Part shown: positions 27,141 to 35,674 of the stretch, piece by piece
How positions within the stretch are numbered: the stretch's first letter is position 1
Layout: each line of letters starts with the position of its first letter
Assembly: GCA_016197285.1 (NCBI GenBank)
Contig: JACPWD010000048.1
Location: forward strand, 53,025-117,024
DNA from: Deltaproteobacteria bacterium
GTDB lineage: Bacteria; Desulfobacterota; Binatia; Bin18
Direction: 5' to 3'
DNA: 64,000 nt
Position numbers and translations under genes: made by a program
Notes under the pieces: generated by a model
Database searches by the model: none
The model's input: the letters and a program-made list of their open reading frames with translations, nothing else
Told to the model about the DNA's origin: nothing

Positions 27141-28370
27141 TTACCGACACGCCGCCAACGCCGTGGCTACTAGATCCGTCGAAAATTTCGCAAATCCAGC
27201 ATAATCCTTCTGCCCGGTATTGAGGAACGAGATCGACATGTCACGGTCGAGATCGGCCAGACAGATTTGCCCGCCCTTGCCGGGATGGCCGAAGGTGCGC
27301 AACGTCGCGCCCGGGGCGATATGGCCCAGCATCCATCCGAGTCCATAAATGATCGGAATACGTAGCGACCGATCGATATCGCCTTTGTTGTTGGTCGGGG
27401 TAATAGAACGTTCCAAGGTTTCCGCCGTCAGATAGCGCTTGCCTTCCCATACGGCTCCGGCAGAAATCATGGAGTAAATCTTCGCCATGTCTCTGGCGCT
27501 AGCAATGCCGCCACCGCCAGGCAGCACGACGCTATGCACTTCCTGGCGATTGAAGATGTTCTGTTGCTCGGGAAACGCCAGCGACTGCGGATCGAGGTGT
27601 TCCTCGAAATTGAGCGAGCGTTGAAAGGCAAGATATTCGGCATCCGGCGTGAAGCCCATCAGTTTGGCCATTTGCGCGAGTGACTCAGTATCCGCTGGCG
27701 ACTCGTACACGCAAGCGACGCGCGCTTCTTCCGACTCGGGCAGGCCAAGGAAGACGCTGTCGAGTCCCAGGGGAGCGAAGACTTCCTCGCGCAGGAAGCG
27801 CCCGCAATCGCGCCCGTCGAGGCGCAGCATCAACTCGTTAATCATGAAGCCGTAATTGAGTGGGTGGTAGCCGCTCGCTGTGCCCGGCGTCCAACGCGGA
27901 GTGAGTTCCTCCATCGCCTGCGCGCACTTGCGGAAATCTCCCCACTGTTTATACGTCAGCCAATCCGGGCCAACGGTATTGCCCACCCGATGGCCCAGGA
28001 CGTGGGTAATGGTCGCGGTCTCTTTTCCGTTGCGTGCAAACTCGGGCCAATAGCGCCCCACCAGATCGTCATAATCATACCGCCCACGATCATGGAGCAG
28101 GTGCATGGCCAGCGCCGCCAAACCTTTGGTCGATGAGTAGAGGACGAACATGGTCTCCGGCTTCACCGGGGTCTGATCACTGGCGCGGGCGAAGCCACCA
28201 CCGATATCGAGCACGCGCTTGCCGTGCCGATAGAGTGCCAACTGCGCTCCCCAGAAGAGTTGTTTCGCCTCGACTTCAGCCTGAACCATCTCCGTCAATT
28301 TTTTGAGGGCGTCGCTATCCATGCCAACTTCGCGTGGTGCAGTTTCGGGATCAAGTTGATAGAAGGCCAT
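27141..28370 (-). CDS. serine hydrolase (class C beta-lactamase / EstB-like esterase family)
   Basis: Start preceded by CAGGAGGAAGAGG. It has the S-x-x-K motif in LYSSTKGL, and size and composition are typical. Confidence 0.75.
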   Translation of the reverse strand: MAFYQLDPETAPREVGMDSDALKKLTEMVQAEVEAKQLFWGAQLALYRHGKRVLDIGGGFARASDQTPVKPETMFVLYSSTKGLAALAMHLLHDRGRYDYDDLVGRYWPEFARNGKETATITHVLGHRVGNTVGPDWLTYKQWGDFRKCAQAMEELTPRWTPGTASGYHPLNYGFMINELMLRLDGRDCGRFLREEVFAPLGLDSVFLGLPESEEARVACVYESPADTESLAQMAKLMGFTPDAEYLAFQRSLNFEEHLDPQSLAFPEQQNIFNRQEVHSVVLPGGGGIASARDMAKIYSMISAGAVWEGKRYLTAETLERSITPTNNKGDIDRSLRIPIIYGLGWMLGHIAPGATLRTFGHPGKGGQICLADLDRDMSISFLNTGQKDYAGFAKFSTDLVATALAACR

Positions 28371-28525
28371 CGCCTCTTCCTCCTGAGTTCTGAATTCTAG
28401 CTTCTGGATTCTCGTGGAACAGGAGCATACGATACTGACCGTTCCAAGGGAGCACAAGGGCGCGGATGGTGGCGATTGCCATAGCTCTTGCGCCCTGCCC
28501 TCACTCACGAAAAGGAGGATCTCGT

Positions 28526-29179
28526 ATGATCGAACTCTATGATCTTTGTCTCAAGGACGACCTGCGCCCTAGCCCCTACTGCTGGCGCACCAAAGCCGTG
28601 CTGACCTACAAGAATCTGCCCTTCACCACCATCCCCGTGAGCTTTACAGAGAAAGACAAGCTCGCGTTCTCCGGTCAGGACCGGGTGCCGGTCATCAAAG
28701 ATAACGGCACGGTGGTGAGCGACTCGTGGGCAATCGCGAAATACTGCGAAGAGAAGTATCCGGAGCCGAAAATCTTCCCGACCCTAGGGATCAGGGAATC
28801 GTGTCGCTTCTTTAACTTGTTCGTTGACAACACCGTGCACGGCGCTCTCATCCGTGTGGTGTTGAATGACATTTTCGCTCACACCTTAGAGAAAGACCGG
28901 GCGTACTTTCGGGCAGACCGCGAGAAACGTTTCGGCGTGACGTTGGAGCAGATTGCCGCGCAGCGCGACGCGAACCGACCGAAGATGCAAGAGGTTCTGA
29001 GTCAGCTTGAAGCGACACTCGCCGGGCAGAACTATTTCTACGGCCAGTTCACCTATGCGGACCTCTGCTTGTTTGGCACCTTCAAATGGGCGACGTCTGT
29101 CAGCAACGAACCGTTTTTCGATACAATCCCACACGTGCGCGCCTGGTGGGAACGGATGCAGAAGCAGTTGGGGATCTAA
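28526..29179 (+). CDS. glutathione S-transferase family protein
   Basis: AAAGGAGGA RBS. The N-terminal thioredoxin-like fold has SPYCWR and VPVIKD, and there is a helical C-terminal domain. Confidence 0.7.
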   Translation: MIELYDLCLKDDLRPSPYCWRTKAVLTYKNLPFTTIPVSFTEKDKLAFSGQDRVPVIKDNGTVVSDSWAIAKYCEEKYPEPKIFPTLGIRESCRFFNLFVDNTVHGALIRVVLNDIFAHTLEKDRAYFRADREKRFGVTLEQIAAQRDANRPKMQEVLSQLEATLAGQNYFYGQFTYADLCLFGTFKWATSVSNEPFFDTIPHVRAWWERMQKQLGI

Positions 29180-29246
29180 CCACAACGCCACAATAATAGG
29201 TCCCCTCTCCTCTTGTGGGAGAAGGAAAAATATGGAGGGACCCGTC

Positions 29247-29429
29247 ATGGACCACAAAGCAATCGTCACTGCTAGACTTGCCGCAGTCGGTATTTCCTTG
29301 AGCGACGAGGAAATCACCCTCCTCGCTTCCGCCTATGCCAATTTGCTCAAGTGGGAAACCGTCGTACAAAACATGCTACAGGCGGAAACCGAACCAGCCC
29401 TGATCTTTCAAGCAAAAGTGGGGGACTGA
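29247..29429 (+). CDS. small GatC/AtzG-like (DUF4089-type) protein coupled to amidase
   Basis: A 60-aa ORF with a GGAGGG RBS 7 nt upstream. Its stop TGA at 29427-29429 is 2 nt before the amidase ATG at 29432. Confidence 0.5.
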   Translation: MDHKAIVTARLAAVGISLSDEEITLLASAYANLLKWETVVQNMLQAETEPALIFQAKVGD

Positions 29430-29431
29430 TC

Positions 29432-30835
29432 ATGCCGAGCAACAATGAACAACTCGCCTATCTCTCGCTGGCCGACATGGCGACCGCCCTCGCCAAGAAA
29501 GAACTGTCACCAGTCGAAGTCACACAAGCGACTCTGGAGCGTATCTCCACGCTCGATGGTAAGTTGCACTCGTACTACACCGTCTTCTCAGAACAAGCGT
29601 TAGCTGCCGCGAAAGCGGCGGAAGCGGAAATCCGCAGTGGCAGTTATCGTGGTCCACTACACGGTATTCCTATCGCCATTAAAGACATTTACGAGTGCGG
29701 ACCAACCACCGGCGGCTCGAAGGTGCGCAAAGACTATGTCGCCCAACAAGACTGCACCTCGGTGAAAAAACTCAAACAAGCCGGCGGCATCGTGCTGGGC
29801 AAGCTCGCGACCTACGAATTTGCGCTCGGGCTGCCGACGTTAGCCTCGCATTTTCCACCGGCGCGGAATCCGTGGAACACCGACATCGATCCCGGCGGAT
29901 CGAGCAGCGGCTCCGGCGCGGCGGTAGCAGCGGGCCTATGCTACGGCGCCATGGGCAGCGACACCGGCGGCTCCATCCGCTGGCCAGCGTTCTGTTGCGG
30001 CATCGTCGGCATGAAAGCCACCTATGGCCGCGTCAGTCGAGCCGGGGTGTTTCCCTTGTCGTGGAATCTCGATCACACCGGACCGATGACACGAACCGTG
30101 AAAGACTGCGCCCTCATGCTGCAAGCCTGCGCGGGTCATGATCCGCTCGACCCAGCCTCAGCCAAAGAACCGGTGCCGGATTTCAGCGTGAAGCTGGGAC
30201 GTGACATCGAAGGCATGCGTATCGGTATTACCCGCAAGTTGTTTGCGGAGAACTGTGGCAAAGAGATTCTCGGCTCGTTCGAGGCAGCGGCGGCGCAACT
30301 AACGAAACTTGGAGCCGTGATCGTGGATGTCGACTCGATTTCGTTCGAGGAAATGTGGGCAGTGATCTGGCCGATTCTCTGCTCCGACGCGGCGGCCTAT
30401 CACCTGGAAGACATGCAGAAACGGCCGGGCGACTATCACCCGGACATGCGCTTCTCGCTGGCGGCGGGAACGCTCGTCAGCGCCACTGGCTATCTCCAGG
30501 CCCAGCGCGCCCGCGACGTGATTCGTCGTCGCATGCTCAAACAATTAGAGAGTGTAGACCTGTTTATGATGCCAACGACGGGTTTCATGCCGGGGAAAAT
30601 TCACGCCGAAACTCCGAAAGGCAGCTTCTTGACCTCGAGCGAGTTCACCATCTACACGCCGTTGTGCAACCTCACCGGGTTTCCGACGCTCGCCTTGCCG
30701 TGCGGTTTCAGCGCCACCGGTTTGCCGATTGGCTTTCAACTCGCAGGCAAACCCTTCGACGAAGCCACGGTCTTCCAGGCCGGGTATGCGTATGAACAAG
30801 CGACACCGTGGCATCAGCGGCATCCAGTGGTGTAA
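29432..30835 (+). CDS. amidase-signature (AS) family amidase
   Basis: It has GGSSSGSGAAVA and GIPIAIKD. I prefer the start at MPSNNEQ over the longer overlapping track ORF. Confidence 0.85.
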   Translation: MPSNNEQLAYLSLADMATALAKKELSPVEVTQATLERISTLDGKLHSYYTVFSEQALAAAKAAEAEIRSGSYRGPLHGIPIAIKDIYECGPTTGGSKVRKDYVAQQDCTSVKKLKQAGGIVLGKLATYEFALGLPTLASHFPPARNPWNTDIDPGGSSSGSGAAVAAGLCYGAMGSDTGGSIRWPAFCCGIVGMKATYGRVSRAGVFPLSWNLDHTGPMTRTVKDCALMLQACAGHDPLDPASAKEPVPDFSVKLGRDIEGMRIGITRKLFAENCGKEILGSFEAAAAQLTKLGAVIVDVDSISFEEMWAVIWPILCSDAAAYHLEDMQKRPGDYHPDMRFSLAAGTLVSATGYLQAQRARDVIRRRMLKQLESVDLFMMPTTGFMPGKIHAETPKGSFLTSSEFTIYTPLCNLTGFPTLALPCGFSATGLPIGFQLAGKPFDEATVFQAGYAYEQATPWHQRHPVV

Positions 30836-30908
30836 TAAGAAAAGGAGAGAGCACCCATTCGCCCAGAGGTAACAATAACTAAGCCGAAGGCTGAACGGGC
30901 TATTTGTC

Positions 30909-31130
30909 ATGAAGGATTACCACATCAACATTTTTTATAGCGACGCCGATGGCGGTTATATCGCGGATATTCCCGACCTAGAAGCGTGTTCCGCGTTCGG
31001 GGCAACCACGGCAGAGGCTCTTGCTGAAGTCGAGAACGCAAAGGCGGTGTGGCTGGAAGCGGCCCGCGCAGAAGGAAAGCCCATTCCACGCCCGAGATAT
31101 CGGCCAGCGATTTACCAAGCTAGTGCATAA
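30909..31130 (+). CDS. HicB-like antitoxin-fold protein (UPF0150), no adjacent HicA
   Basis: A 73-aa protein. The sequence YSDADGGYIADIPDLEACSAFGATTAEALAEVENAKAVWLEAARAEGKPIPRP is typical of the HicB N-terminal domain. Confidence 0.65.
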   Translation: MKDYHINIFYSDADGGYIADIPDLEACSAFGATTAEALAEVENAKAVWLEAARAEGKPIPRPRYRPAIYQASA

Positions 31131-31456
31131 ACCTCTTGCAAATCTTTCGTATCGAAGCCTTCGGTGAGCCAGAATCTGGGGATTGGGTGTTGGGTGCTAG
31201 GGGTTGGGGATTGGGGCAAAGTCTCCAATCCCCCGATTCTCCGTTTCACCGATTCCCCGGTTCCTTCCCCACCCACCCACACCAGTACGTCCCCGTCTTC
31301 CTCTATCGCCACGCATTCGGCTCTGATGAGTTCTCCTTTGAGATCTTCCAGATACTCGTCATCTAGGTCGAAGCGACGTTTCAAGGCTCGATAGGTCACA
31401 CGACCTTTGTTCTGTAATAGCTCTCGGACTTGGTCCAGCACTTCATCGAACGTCAT
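31112..31456 (-). pseudogene. mini-remnant of cyclase/AAA/TPR gene: N-terminal module fused to last ~20 codons
   Basis: MTFDEVLDQVRELLQNKGRVTYRALKRRFDLDDEYLEDLKGELI parallels MKFSEVVDQAAELIRARGRISYRALQRELTLDNQDLDDLKEELL of 51979. It is followed by the G-rich repeat (LPQSPTPSTQHPIP) and then WLTEGFDTKDLQE, which is the family C-terminus. Confidence 0.7.
31178..31234. repeat. G-rich heptamer repeat with hairpin partner
   Basis: GGGGATT GGGTGTT GGGTGCT AGGGGTT GGGGATT GGGGCAA, followed by CCAATCCCC. Confidence 0.7.
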
Positions 31457-31633
31457 GGTTTCCCCCCGGGGTCGTTTTACCCCTGCAGAGCGTATCTTAA
31501 AAGCGGGCAGGAGCGGGCGGCTGGTGAATACCCGCCCTGCGCTGTCTCCTGCCTCTACATTTCCTTGACATCGGCATACACAGTGTTCTATGGCAAAGAC
31601 ACTAGTATCTGGAATTCGTTCAAGGAGGACCCG

Positions 31634-32026
31634 ATGAGCAACTCGCCACGTCAACCGAAGGACCGATCCGCAACCACTTCCTATGCGGAAGCCAATCCGC
31701 AACTCTACGCGTTTCTCGACTGGATGACGCAGCAAGACCCCGAGTATGCGCGCGCGTTCAAGACCTATACTGCGTTAGGGACAGGCACAGGACGCGCGTT
31801 GCCGATCAAATACCGGGAGATGATTATGACGGCCATCCTGGTGTTCATGGGGCGGCGAGAGGGGGCCGAGGCCCATCTCAAGCGCGCCATTGAGCATGGA
31901 GCCACCAAGCGTGAGCTGTTCGAAGCCGGGCAAGCGGCGGGGGTTCCGGGCGGAGGAATCACCGTGGGGTTGTGGATGCAGATCCTGACGCAGTTCGATC
32001 GCGATGGCGTATTCAAGAAAGAATAG
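31634..32026 (+). CDS. carboxymuconolactone decarboxylase (AhpD-like) family protein
   Basis: AAGGAGGA RBS. It is a 130-aa all-helical protein. PIKYREMIMTAILVFMG and TKRELFEA are typical of the CMD domain. It has no CxxC motif. Confidence 0.55.
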   Translation: MSNSPRQPKDRSATTSYAEANPQLYAFLDWMTQQDPEYARAFKTYTALGTGTGRALPIKYREMIMTAILVFMGRREGAEAHLKRAIEHGATKRELFEAGQAAGVPGGGITVGLWMQILTQFDRDGVFKKE

Positions 32027-32136
32027 CCGCCAAAGTCTGGCCACCCTCTCGTACTCCGCAGCGTTCCGTGCACGTTGACTTTGCACGCGCACGGTGTCAT
32101 CACGAGCGCAGAGAACATCAACTACAGGAGGGTTTT

Positions 32137-32982
32137 ATGAAACTCGGTATCGAAATGTTTGCCACCGATTATGCCATGCGTCCGGACGAACTGGCGCGAG
32201 CATGTGAAGAGCGCGGGTTCGAATCGGTGTGGTTCCCGGAGCACACCCATATCCCGGCCAGTCGCCGCAGTCCTTGGCCGGGCGGCGCAGAGCTTCCGCA
32301 GGAGTATTGGCACACGCACGATCTCTTTGTCGCGCTTGCTGCGGCAGCCGCAGTGACCAAAACCATCAAGATCGGTAGCGGCATTTGTCTGGCGATCGAG
32401 CGCGACGCGATCACCATGGCCAAAGAGGTGGCGTCCGTCGATCAGCTTTCCAACGGTCGCCTGATTTTTGGCATCGGTGGCGGCTGGAACGCAGAAGAGA
32501 TGGAAAACCACGGGACGCCGTTCAAGAAGCGCTGGAAAATCTTGCGGGAGAAGATCGAAGCGATGAAAGCGATCTGGTCGCAGGACGCCGCCGAGTATCA
32601 CGGCGAGTTCGTCAACTTCGATCCCATCTGGTGTTACCCCAAGCCGGTGCAGAAACCTCACCCTCCCATCGTGCTGGGCTCCAACACCACACAGGGGCTG
32701 GCGCGGGTGGTGAACTACTGTGACGGGTGGCTTCCCAATGCGCGGGCTTTCCAGAATTTCCCCACCATGCTGAAGGAACTGTGGAGCCATGCCGAACGGG
32801 CCGGGCGTCGTAAAGAGACGATCTCGGTCTCCGTGTTAGGTGCGCAGGGCAACGAAGCCATGCTGCAACAATGCCGGGAGTTAGAAGCCGAGCGAGCGGT
32901 CTTCTTCGTACCCTCGGCAGGGCGAGAGACCGTGCTGCCGCTGCTCGACCAATACGCCGCCTTTATTCCCAAAGTCGCGTAA
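32137..32982 (+). CDS. LLM-class (probably F420-dependent) oxidoreductase
   Basis: AGGAGGG RBS. It has the N-terminus MKLGIEMFATDY...GFESVWFPEHTHIP and GIGGGWNAEE. Confidence 0.75.
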   Translation: MKLGIEMFATDYAMRPDELARACEERGFESVWFPEHTHIPASRRSPWPGGAELPQEYWHTHDLFVALAAAAAVTKTIKIGSGICLAIERDAITMAKEVASVDQLSNGRLIFGIGGGWNAEEMENHGTPFKKRWKILREKIEAMKAIWSQDAAEYHGEFVNFDPIWCYPKPVQKPHPPIVLGSNTTQGLARVVNYCDGWLPNARAFQNFPTMLKELWSHAERAGRRKETISVSVLGAQGNEAMLQQCRELEAERAVFFVPSAGRETVLPLLDQYAAFIPKVA

Positions 32983-33132
32983 CCGGTCGCCGTCCGCCGA
33001 GGTCTGTTCGGATTCATTGCAAACCGCACGCGGGCAACAGTTTTGCGCAGGGGCGACCGAACGGGGACTAAGGAGGCTTCATTTTCTTTGCTGGGATGCG
33101 ACGCTGCCTCATCCCAGCCTCTGGTCCTCTGT

Positions 33133-33429
33133 TTACCAACCGCAGTTAGGATTAGGCGGGGTGGCTACATCAGTGTTCGAGTCCGGGCCAAAGGCAAAAC
33201 CATCTTTGGTAATACATCCAAGTTGATAGTCTGATCCCGCAGTCGCTTGTCGATAGGCGTTACAGGTTGCTGCTGTCCAGTTCTTCCCGGCCAAGAAGGT
33301 ATCTCTCCAGTTGCTTGCGTCGACCACACTGCATACCTTTTGTTTCACAATGGCAACCGCATGGCTTTTGCCGGCACTGGTAAGAGCGAGTAGGAGTCCG
33401 ATGGCCAACACGAGGGCGAATTTTCTCAT
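33133..33429 (-). CDS. small secreted 4-Cys protein, unknown function
   Basis: Signal peptide MRKFALVLAIGLLLALTSAGKSHA and a ~75-aa mature part with 4 Cys. It ends in NPNCGW. Confidence 0.5.
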   Translation of the reverse strand: MRKFALVLAIGLLLALTSAGKSHAVAIVKQKVCSVVDASNWRDTFLAGKNWTAATCNAYRQATAGSDYQLGCITKDGFAFGPDSNTDVATPPNPNCGW

Positions 33430-33749
33430 GACATTTTCCTTTTTCATGACCGCTTTTTGTCTTTTGTGGCGGTCCCTTTGCGTCTCTTGCGCACTGTGAC
33501 GGCGCCCGTGGTCGGCTCGACATTATCCCCCCCTTTCCATGAGGGGGCACCGTATGTCCTGATCCCCTCACCATCTAAAGTTTGCTGCCTGCTACGACGC
33601 ACAACCCCAGTAACATCCTCAGGGTTTGCCCGCGCCAATAATGAGCCGTCCGACGACCAAAGCAATGGGGACCACCGCCCTCCATGGTTGACACCTTCCC
33701 TACGCTCACGCAGGATTCAAGCAACTTTTTACCGAAGGATGACTGCGCC

Positions 33750-34925
33750 ATGCTGACCGTAGATCTCTTTGCCCCCACTGAAGAACATACCCTGCTGCGG
33801 AAGACCGTGCGCGATTTCGTGCGTGCGCACGTAGAGCCGCAAGCTCTAGAGTACGACAGACAGGAGCGTTTCAATCTGCCGCTGTTCCGTCAGCTTGGCG
33901 AGCTGGGCTTGTTAGGCATTACCGTACCAGCAGAATATGGCGGCTCCGGCATGGACGCGCTGGCTGCCGTGATCGCGCACGAAGAATTGTCCGCGTCCGA
34001 TCCTGGGTTCTGCCTGGCGTATCTGGCGCACGCGATGCTGTTCGTCAATAACTTCTGCCACAATGCCAACGACGAGCAACGCCAGCGCTATCTCGACAAG
34101 GTGATCTCCGGCGAATGGGTCGGCGGCATGTGCATGACCGAACCTGCGGCGGGGACGGATGTCTTAGGCATGAAGAGCGAGGCCGTGCGCCGTGGCGATT
34201 ATTACTATCTGAACGGGCGCAAGATGTTCATTACCAATGGCGCGCTCGATGACTCCACGTTGGGGAACATCTTCCTCGTTTATGCCCGGACCGAGAAAGG
34301 CATCAGCTCGTTCGTGGTGGAAAAAGGATTTTCGGGATTTTCCCTCGGGCAACGGCTGCATGGGAAAGCCGGCATGCGCGCGTCGATGACGGCGGAACTG
34401 GTCTTCGACGATTGCGCGGTGCCGGTGGAGAATCGTCTCGGCGAAGAAGGCGACAGCCTGCTCCACATGATGCGCAATTTGGAGATCGAGCGCGTGACCA
34501 TTGCCGCAATGTCCACCGGCATCGCCGGACGCTGTGTGGAGGTGATGACACGTTATGCCAACGAACGTACCGCTTTTGGCCAACCCATCAATGCCTTCGG
34601 TCAGATTCAGCGTTACATCGCCGACTCCTACGCGCAGTACATGGCGGCGCGCACCTATCTCTATTACACCGCCGCGCGGATGGACCTGAACAAGCCCGGC
34701 CAGCGAATCGACTCCGACGGCGTCAAACTGGTGGCGACGACGATGGCCAAGCAGGTGGCAGACAATGCCATGCAAGTGCTGGGCGGCTACGGGTATCTCG
34801 GCGAGTATGTCGTCGAGCGGCTGTGGCGCGATGCCAAACTCCTGGAAATTGGCGGTGGCACGCTGGAGGCGCATCAAAAGAATATTACCAAGGACCTGAC
34901 GCGCCGGATGGATTTGATCCGCTAA
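33750..34925 (+). CDS. acyl-CoA dehydrogenase (isovaleryl-CoA dehydrogenase-like)
   Basis: It has GMCMTEPAAGTDV and a C-terminal catalytic-Glu context (LEIGGGTLEAHQ). It is ~391 aa. Confidence 0.85.
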   Translation: MLTVDLFAPTEEHTLLRKTVRDFVRAHVEPQALEYDRQERFNLPLFRQLGELGLLGITVPAEYGGSGMDALAAVIAHEELSASDPGFCLAYLAHAMLFVNNFCHNANDEQRQRYLDKVISGEWVGGMCMTEPAAGTDVLGMKSEAVRRGDYYYLNGRKMFITNGALDDSTLGNIFLVYARTEKGISSFVVEKGFSGFSLGQRLHGKAGMRASMTAELVFDDCAVPVENRLGEEGDSLLHMMRNLEIERVTIAAMSTGIAGRCVEVMTRYANERTAFGQPINAFGQIQRYIADSYAQYMAARTYLYYTAARMDLNKPGQRIDSDGVKLVATTMAKQVADNAMQVLGGYGYLGEYVVERLWRDAKLLEIGGGTLEAHQKNITKDLTRRMDLIR

Positions 34926-34936
34926 GGAAGAATGTC

Positions 34937-35128
34937 ATGAGTCGAGGACTGTGGGACCGCTTCATAATCATGCTGATGGGCGTGGTCATCTATTTTGGCG
35001 CACGGGAACTTTGGGACAATCCCAAGTCGGAAGACGCCACTCGATATATTTTTGCCTCGGGCCTGGCCTTGGTCGTCATCGTTTTGAAGATCAAAGCGCT
35101 GCGCAAGTCTAACAGTGCATCGGAATAA
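34937..35128 (+). CDS. small 2-TM membrane protein, unknown
   Basis: A 63-aa ORF with AAGGAAG upstream and two hydrophobic segments. It lies between the ACAD and gspH-like genes. Confidence 0.35.
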   Translation: MSRGLWDRFIIMLMGVVIYFGARELWDNPKSEDATRYIFASGLALVVIVLKIKALRKSNSASE

Positions 35129-35135
35129 GGCGTGC

Positions 35136-35636
35136 ATGAAATTCTTGTGGAACTCCCGCCCGTGTAGCGGGACATCTGTGTCGGTCACTCAGGCTCGCGG
35201 TTTTACTCTGTTTGAGCTGATTCTCGTGATATTGATCATCAGCGTTGCCGCCGCGTTAGTGGGACCGGCGATCGGCAGCCGGTTGTTACAAACGAATATC
35301 CGCCGCACGGTCCTCCAGCTCCGTTCCGCTGTGGAAGTAATGCGGATGCACGCCGTGCGCTCCGGCCGGGAAGAAGTCATGGTGGTGGACCCGAGGGATA
35401 ATGCCTACTGGCGGGAAGGTGGAGGCGAGCCGGTGGCCTTGTCTCCAGACAGTGCTCTGCTCTCGGCCCGCAGTCGCTGGCTGCGGGAAAACGGGCAGGC
35501 GGAGTTTCATTTTTACCCAGACGGGACCAACTCGGGCGGTGCCATTCGGGTCGAGCAGGGGCGCGGCAGCGCTACCGCCTATGTGGTGGTGTTGGACCCT
35601 CTCCTGGGCATAGCCTCGATCATGCGGGATGAGTGA
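35136..35636 (+). CDS. gspH: type II secretion minor pseudopilin GspH/FimT-like
   Basis: The prepilin motif ARGFTLFELILVILIISVAAAL is followed by a beta-rich domain. Confidence 0.7.
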   Translation: MKFLWNSRPCSGTSVSVTQARGFTLFELILVILIISVAAALVGPAIGSRLLQTNIRRTVLQLRSAVEVMRMHAVRSGREEVMVVDPRDNAYWREGGGEPVALSPDSALLSARSRWLRENGQAEFHFYPDGTNSGGAIRVEQGRGSATAYVVVLDPLLGIASIMRDE

Positions 35637-35674
35637 GAGTTTCAGTGGTTAGTGGTTAGTTTCAGACTCAAGTT

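Noticed and set aside
33688-33720. A TTGACA hexamer upstream of the acyl-CoA dehydrogenase as a promoter -35 box.
   Set aside because: There is no acceptable -10 hexamer at 16-19 nt spacing. A single hexamer match is expected by chance.
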